Below are positions 8,610 to 13,566 of a stretch of DNA of 13,566 nt, piece by piece (position 1 is the stretch's first letter; each line of letters begins with the position of its first letter). This DNA comes from Polyangiaceae bacterium (GTDB lineage: Bacteria; Myxococcota_A; Polyangia; Polyangiales; Polyangiaceae): positions 1 to 13,566 of the forward strand of contig JBGANF010000182.1 of NCBI GenBank assembly GCA_044222475.1, in the 5' to 3' direction. Under the pieces are notes generated by a model that saw only the letters and a list, made by a program, of their open reading frames with translations, searched no databases and was not told the origin of the DNA. A program made the translations under genes and the position numbers.

Positions 8610-8644
8610 GACCACGACGTCGCGCGAGAGCGACGATTCGTGAC
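8607..8644 (-). promoter_or_regulatory. Shared ECF-like upstream motif, copy before the hydrolase
   Basis: GTCACG aatcgtcgctctcgcg CGA cgtcgtggtc ATG. Confidence 0.6.
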
Positions 8645-8649
8645 CGACG

Positions 8650-9447
8650 TCAGTACGATCGTCGGAGCTCGATGGAGCCGCGGGTCGAGCGCAGCTCGAC
8701 GGTCCCATCTTGGGACGAGACGACCGTGATCGTCTCCGGCGTACCCGCGATGACGAAGCCGTCTCCGTGCGGCGCGAGTGAGACGACCGTCGTCGTCCCG
8801 AGCGCGGAGATCGTGACCCGATCGCCGGTGACGACGATGCGCGCACCGCGCAGCGCAAACGCCCGCGGGTCGTCGCTGTGGACGTCGACGACGGTCCACG
8901 AGCCGTCGAGCGAAGCCGGTGCCGCTGTCGTGGATGGCGCCGAGGACTGGGTGGACGGGCGGATCGCGCTCACGGTCGTCAGCGCGAGGAGCGTCGCCGC
9001 GAACGCGAGCGTGAGCACGCGGCGAAGGCGCGACACGCGTTTGCGAACGGTCGCCGGCTCGATCCCCTCGCGACGGGCGATCTCTTCGAAGGACGAACCG
9101 CAGAGCTCTTCGACGACCCATCGAAACGGCGCGCCGAGGGACGGGCGCTGGGCGACGAACTCGAGTACTTCGCCGAGCTGCGTCGTGGCTTCGGCGACGG
9201 GCGGTGCTCGGTCGGGGAGCATCCGCAGCGCGTCGTCACGCCGGCGCTCGCGTCGCTGACGCCGGTAGACGTCCGCCGCTTCGTGGCGCGCGATCCCGAC
9301 GATGTACCCGGGACCGACGTCGCCCGACGGCCGTTCGAGCGCTGCGAGCGCAGTCGATTGGGTCAAGTCGGCGACGAGCCCGGCCGGCACGCGCCGCCGG
9401 AGAACCTTCGCCGCTCGCTGAAGCTCGACCTCGAAATCGGGGGTCAT
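8650..9447 (-). CDS. ECF sigma factor fused to a TM helix and a C-terminal beta-rich domain
   Basis: 265 aa from ATG 9447; sigma2-like VADLTQSTALAAL and YIVGIARHEAADVYRR; sigma4 HTH GSSFEEIARREGIEPATVRKRVSRLRR; hydrophobic VLTLAFAATLLALTTVSAI; S/T/P linker; about 85-aa beta domain starting LDGSWTVV. Confidence 0.82.
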   Translation of the reverse strand: MTPDFEVELQRAAKVLRRRVPAGLVADLTQSTALAALERPSGDVGPGYIVGIARHEAADVYRRQRRERRRDDALRMLPDRAPPVAEATTQLGEVLEFVAQRPSLGAPFRWVVEELCGSSFEEIARREGIEPATVRKRVSRLRRVLTLAFAATLLALTTVSAIRPSTQSSAPSTTAAPASLDGSWTVVDVHSDDPRAFALRGARIVVTGDRVTISALGTTTVVSLAPHGDGFVIAGTPETITVVSSQDGTVELRSTRGSIELRRSY

Positions 9448-9482
9448 GTCCGGGTAGTCGCTCGAAGGCAATGCTTCGTGAC
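9445..9482 (-). promoter_or_regulatory. Shared ECF-like upstream motif, copy before the sigma gene (possible autoregulation)
   Basis: GTCACG aagcattgccttcgag CGA ctacccggac ATG. Confidence 0.6.
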
Positions 9483-9498
9483 GCGCGCCGAGACGATT

Positions 9499-10068
9499 TC
9501 ATTCCACCCGACGGAAGAGGGCGTGAGCCGCGAGGGATCGCGCGGTGAACGACGAATCGCGCGCGACGATGGCGCTCGCGAGGGCGAGTACGGGACCGCG
9601 GGGCAGGGCGGCGGGGTGGGGGCGCTCGGACTCGGGAAAGAAGCGGTCCTCCGCCCACTCTTCTTCGGAGGCGAACAGGCCGGCGAGCTCCCACGGCACT
9701 GGGCATGCGTTCTGATCGGTCGCGAGGCACGAAGCCGGAACGATCGGCTCGAGGACGCGCGCGAGGATCGCGTCGATCGCTGCATCCGTGTCGGCGTGCT
9801 CGGCGCGAAGACGCGAAGCGATCGTCGCGAGCGGACCGGAGCAGCTCTCGGCGAGGACATCGGCGACTGCCGTCAACGTGATCACGCGAGACGGCGACGA
9901 AAGATCGCGCGCTCGCGTCCCGAGCGAGGCGCTCCTCGTGAAGTCGCAGCGCGGCGGAGCACGATCGATCGACGCCGTCGTGACGGGTGGAGCCACCACG
10001 ACTTCGGTGCTCTTCGCAGCGGCGCATCCCGTGATCCCCAAGACGAACGCGAGGACGATGGCTTTCAT
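9499..10068 (-). CDS. Hypothetical lipoprotein B, paralog of 10065-10604
   Basis: 189 aa; MKAIVLAFVLGITGC lipobox; GGAGG upstream; ATGA overlap with the upstream stop. Confidence 0.8.
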   Translation of the reverse strand: MKAIVLAFVLGITGCAAAKSTEVVVAPPVTTASIDRAPPRCDFTRSASLGTRARDLSSPSRVITLTAVADVLAESCSGPLATIASRLRAEHADTDAAIDAILARVLEPIVPASCLATDQNACPVPWELAGLFASEEEWAEDRFFPESERPHPAALPRGPVLALASAIVARDSSFTARSLAAHALFRRVE

Positions 10069-10604
10069 GGTAGCGCCTCCGGCTGTCCGTTCACGAGGCA
10101 CTCGTGGTCGGCGGTGTACTCGACCTCGGCTTCCCAGTCGCACACGAGCAGCGCGCGCTGATGAAGCCGCGCGAAGAGCGCGCTGTCGACCGCGGCCCAC
10201 GCACTGACGAACGCGAGCACGCCGGCGGGGATCGAACGGTACGAATCGGGAGTGAGCTCGCGGCGCAGCTCCTCGGGGAGGGGGCACTCGCTGACGCGCG
10301 GGTTCGCCGAAGCGGGGTCGGTGGGCTTCCACACGCACGCGGGATCGACGAGGGTCTCCACCGTGTGGGCGAGGGCCTCCGCGAGTTTGTTCTTCGCCGC
10401 GGGGACGAGGCAGTCGTGGACCTCGTCGAGATCCTCTTCGGCGCGCAGCGTGTCGCTCGGTTCGTAAACGCAGTAGAGCGGTGCGGAGTCCTTCGCGGCG
10501 ACCGACGGAGCCGTCGCGGCGGGGACGACCGGCGCCGGCGTCTCCGTCTGCGCGCACGCGGCGGCGAGAAGAAGCGCAAGGACGAAGGAGCTACGAGCGA
10601 ACAT
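10065..10604 (-). CDS. Hypothetical lipoprotein A
   Basis: 179 aa; MFARSSFVLALLLAAAC lipobox; P/A-rich linker; several Cys; overlaps the upstream gene by 14 nt. Confidence 0.8.
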   Translation of the reverse strand: MFARSSFVLALLLAAACAQTETPAPVVPAATAPSVAAKDSAPLYCVYEPSDTLRAEEDLDEVHDCLVPAAKNKLAEALAHTVETLVDPACVWKPTDPASANPRVSECPLPEELRRELTPDSYRSIPAGVLAFVSAWAAVDSALFARLHQRALLVCDWEAEVEYTADHECLVNGQPEALP

Positions 10605-11502
10605 GGTAGGCCCCGTTCCACAGCGTGACGTTGTGCAGCGTCGCTTTGCCCATTCCGTCCATCTCGGTTTGCGGCTTCGCGTTGGGGAGTGCGCGTCCGC
10701 GCGTTTCCTTCTCCCACTCGACGACGTGTTCGACCGCGACGCTGTCGGTCGGTGACTTGTCGCGCGCAGTGTGGCCGCCGTCGCCGTAGGTCCACACCGA
10801 CTTCACGTTGGGAAAGGCGCCGCGCCACGCGTCGATCTGCGTCTGCGCGCCGCCGTAGCAGGCCGACACCATGATGTCTTCGACCTGCGCCGACGCGCGC
10901 GGCATCGCCTTCGCGAGCGCTTGGATGTCCTTGGCGAGGACCGCGTTCGACCCATCGGCGTCGGCGATGCGATCGGCGTAATGGCCGGAGAGCACCATGC
11001 GCGAAGGCACGCTTCCGCCGAGCTCGCCCTTGGCCCACACCGCGGCGATTTGAGCGAGCTCGTCGCGCCCGGCGGGATCGGCGTTTTTGATGACGCTCGC
11101 GATCGCCGCCGTCTTGTCGGGAGGCAGCCCGAGGCTCTTCGCCCAAGCGTCGATGTCGGTCATCGCCTGTGTCGAAGGCTTGATCTGGATGGCCTTGCCG
11201 CCCGATGCATACTGCAAGTTTCGAAACTCGAGATCGCTCTGGGTCGTCTTGCCGTCGGCGGTCTTCTGGGTGTTGGTGCCGAGGTACATCACCTGGTCGT
11301 TCGGCGGCGGTCGCGTCGTCGTGGCGTCGCTGGCGGTGCGCGCCGGAGCCGTCGCGTTCTGCGCGTACCGAGCGAGATCCGAGTCGTAGGCCTGAGGGCC
11401 GTCGTGCGAGACGGTCCGCGGCTTGGGAGGCTCGACCGGAGTCGGATCCTCGTCGGCGAAGGTGAACGAAACCGAACCGGGACCGTCGATGCGTCGTTGC
11501 AT
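10591..11502 (-). CDS. Hypothetical protein with a putative clan CD (caspase/CHAT-like) His-Cys dyad
   Basis: 303 aa, no signal peptide; P/T-rich low-complexity N-terminus; RMVLSGH and DIMVSACY, each after a hydrophobic strand, His and Cys 41 residues apart. The ORF itself is well supported; the protease function is tentative. Confidence 0.7.
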   Translation of the reverse strand: MQRRIDGPGSVSFTFADEDPTPVEPPKPRTVSHDGPQAYDSDLARYAQNATAPARTASDATTTRPPPNDQVMYLGTNTQKTADGKTTQSDLEFRNLQYASGGKAIQIKPSTQAMTDIDAWAKSLGLPPDKTAAIASVIKNADPAGRDELAQIAAVWAKGELGGSVPSRMVLSGHYADRIADADGSNAVLAKDIQALAKAMPRASAQVEDIMVSACYGGAQTQIDAWRGAFPNVKSVWTYGDGGHTARDKSPTDSVAVEHVVEWEKETRGRALPNAKPQTEMDGMGKATLHNVTLWNGAYHVRS

Positions 11503-11590
11503 GAGGGCCCCGTCGACCGACGCGGGTCATTCGTTGCGCAAAAAGAAAAGACGCAACCTCTCTCGACTGGGGGCCGAGGGGGGCCCCATG
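11500..11590. promoter_or_regulatory. Back-to-back pair of the shared ECF-like motif around an A-tract
   Basis: Minus: GCAACG aatgacccgcgtcggt CGA cggggccctc ATG (11537-11500). Plus: GCAACC tctctcgactgggggc CGA ggggggcccc ATG (11553-11590). Separated by an A-rich stretch (aaaaagaaaaga, 11540-11551). Confidence 0.6.
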
Positions 11591-13184
11591 AGCAAACGAT
11601 CCCTTCGGTTCATCGCCGTCCTCGGCTCCACCATCCCCCTCGCATGTGCTTCCGGCTGGAGCTCCGAGGAAGTCGGTTCGTCCACCGCGGCGCTGTCTGG
11701 AGCGTCAGACGAGGATGGAAGCCTCGGCGCAACGGAGCTCGCCGTGTGGAACACGAGCGTCGCTGCGGGCGAGTGCACCGGCTCCAAAGGCGAGGTCGAA
11801 CCGTGCTGGATGACGACGCACGTCAACGCGACGCAGAGCGCCCCTGCCGCTCCGGTTCAGTCCGGCATCGCGTTCGGCGTGAAGATCGGGACCGAGCCAC
11901 TCCAGTTGCAGCAGGCCACGCTCTTGAATTGGGGCATCCCTTCGACGCCGTTCTACGACGGCACGGCGGTCGTCGGCTACGGAACGGATGCGGCGATCTC
12001 CTACGTCAAGCGCGACACGTTCGTCGTGACCGCGATCGTCGATGCTGCGGACGCGGCAGCGAAGGGTACGATCCTCACGTTCACCGAAGACGCGGGCAAG
12101 TCGTGGAGCACGCCGATCTGGGTCCACTCGGGGTGTGACACACCTACCCAATGGGCCGTCGCCAGCGAAGTTCTGGACACGCGCGCGTCACAGTTCGATC
12201 CACCAGCTGGACGAGAAGGCCACGACCGTCGTGGCGTCGGTGGTTGGACACGACATGTGTTGCCCAGTGGATGGGCCGACTTCACCGACCGTGTGCGGTG
12301 GTGAGCGCCGCGACGGCGCGGACTTCGGCGTGTTCTCACTGGAGATGAACCCCAAGTACGTACAGCTCAACGTCTTCGAGGCGGTGAACGACGGGTTCGT
12401 CCGCGAAGACACGAAGTACCTCAACATGACCACGAGCTTGGACTCGGAGCTTTGTTGGGACATCGTCGCGGTGTATCCGACCACCAACGACGGTACGGGG
12501 GCCGGTGCGTCCCGTCTGAACGGAGCGTGTCCTAGTGGATCGACCTTCGATGTGACGTGGCGAACCCAGTCGTCCCAGATGTGTCTAGGGACGCTCGGCA
12601 CCTTCAGTCCGTGGAAGCGCGGTCCCGATCTCGATCGAGACGAGAAGTCCCCGAGGTGCCTCGGTCAGCGGCGTAATTCATGGCTCCCGGCGATGGCGGT
12701 GACGCACGACGGGAAATGGATCGCAGCGGGCGTACCAGTCACGACCGTGGTGGGCCAGCGCATCCGAGTGCGCGAGCTCGACTCGTCGAGCCTTCCGCCG
12801 AGCCTCGTCGGCACGCCCTACACGACGATGGGACCGTCCACCGCGAGCCGCGAAACGAATCACTTCATGCCGCAGATCGCGTATGCGTCGTTCGACGACA
12901 TGGAGAACATCGCCCTCACGTGGATCGACGATCGCGATGGCCTGACCGTCGGAGACTTCGGTTCCATGGTCGGCGTCGGCGGAGTTGGCGGCGCTCACGT
13001 GTCCGACTTGGCGCTGACGCCGACCGCGCTCGTTCCGTTCAAGTCGTTCGCGAACACCGGGGTCCTCGGCGAGCGATTTGCGACCCACGTCGGGCTAGCC
13101 GTCGACGAAAGTCCGCAACGCGGTGGATTCGCCGGGACGATGTCCAAAGGGAACCGACTCGGGTTCACTACCTTCAGGCCTTGA
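11588..13184 (+). pseudogene. Secreted Asp-box (BNR) lipoprotein, probable beta-propeller, split by a frameshift near 12130-12200
   Basis: MSKRSLRFIAVLGSTIPLAC signal/lipobox; Asp-box TEDAGKSW. The coding-like frame switches from the 11423-12304 ORF to the 12042-13184 ORF (PAMAVTHDGKWIAAG, FMPQIAY, IALTWIDDR), which has no signal peptide. Confidence 0.65.
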
Positions 13185-13194
13185 GGAGAATCCA

Positions 13195-13470
13195 ATGAAC
13201 CGCGCAATCCTGCTGATGCCAGCTCTCTTTCTCCTCGCCTGCGGCGACGTGGTGCCGAGCGTCGTCGATGCTGGCAAGGACGCCGCGCCGGACGTGTCCG
13301 ACGCAAGTCGGCTGTTCTGCTCGCCCGCCTACGGCGAGATCGATGCGTCGGCCCCGAATCCGCCGGCGATCTACGAGTGCACGCGACCGGGCGACCGCTG
13401 CTGGATCGGACCGAACGGGTCGTTCGTGTGCTGTCGCCCCGACAGTTCGGACGACTGCTTCCAGCCCTGA
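13195..13470 (+). CDS. Small Cys-rich lipoprotein
   Basis: 91 aa; GAGGAG upstream; MNRAILLMPALFLLAC lipobox; DAG/DAA/DAS linker; six further Cys including CC. Confidence 0.8.
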   Translation: MNRAILLMPALFLLACGDVVPSVVDAGKDAAPDVSDASRLFCSPAYGEIDASAPNPPAIYECTRPGDRCWIGPNGSFVCCRPDSSDDCFQP

Positions 13471-13515
13471 GGAATCTGCGCAACCTTCGGCCGCGGCGAC
13501 CGATGGGCTCTCGCG

Positions 13516-13566
13516 ATGCAGCTCCCTCCCGAGACCATCCACCGCCGCCCCGGGGGGCTCTACTTC
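13516..13566 (+). CDS. Possible start of the next gene (truncated)
   Basis: ATG 13516 open to the window end (MQLPPETIHRRPGGLYF); preceded by a variant motif GCAACC-N15-CGA (13480-13503). Confidence 0.35.
   Translation, partial: MQLPPETIHRRPGGLYF

Noticed and set aside
8878..12138. Long plus-strand ORFs 8878-10161 and 10771-12138, and minus ORF 10091-11530
   Set aside because: They overlap better-supported genes with lipoboxes or catalytic motifs and have shadow-ORF composition.

Overview
High-GC window with myxobacteria-like gene content (Cys-rich lipoproteins, a Hanks-type kinase with a TPR-like tail, a RAYT-like HUH protein); the taxon is inferred, not proven. Left part: two secreted lipoprotein genes (minus strand), a TPR protein, a Y1 HUH/RAYT-like transposase, a DUF2892-like membrane protein and a Ser/Thr kinase. 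The most interesting part is 7138-13566. A minus-strand cluster encodes a clan-CD-like His/Cys protein, two paralogous Cys-containing lipoproteins, an ECF sigma factor fused to a transmembrane helix and a beta-rich domain, an alpha/beta-hydrolase lipoprotein, and a sigma-less paralog of that ECF, frameshifted by a perfect 74-bp tandem duplication. A frameshifted Asp-box lipoprotein gene runs divergently. Four genes here, including the sigma gene, share an identically spaced upstream motif G(T/C)(C/A)AC(G/C)-N16-CGA-N10-ATG, suggesting a local regulon of a membrane-tethered ECF sigma. All family calls come from motifs read by eye; no searches were run.
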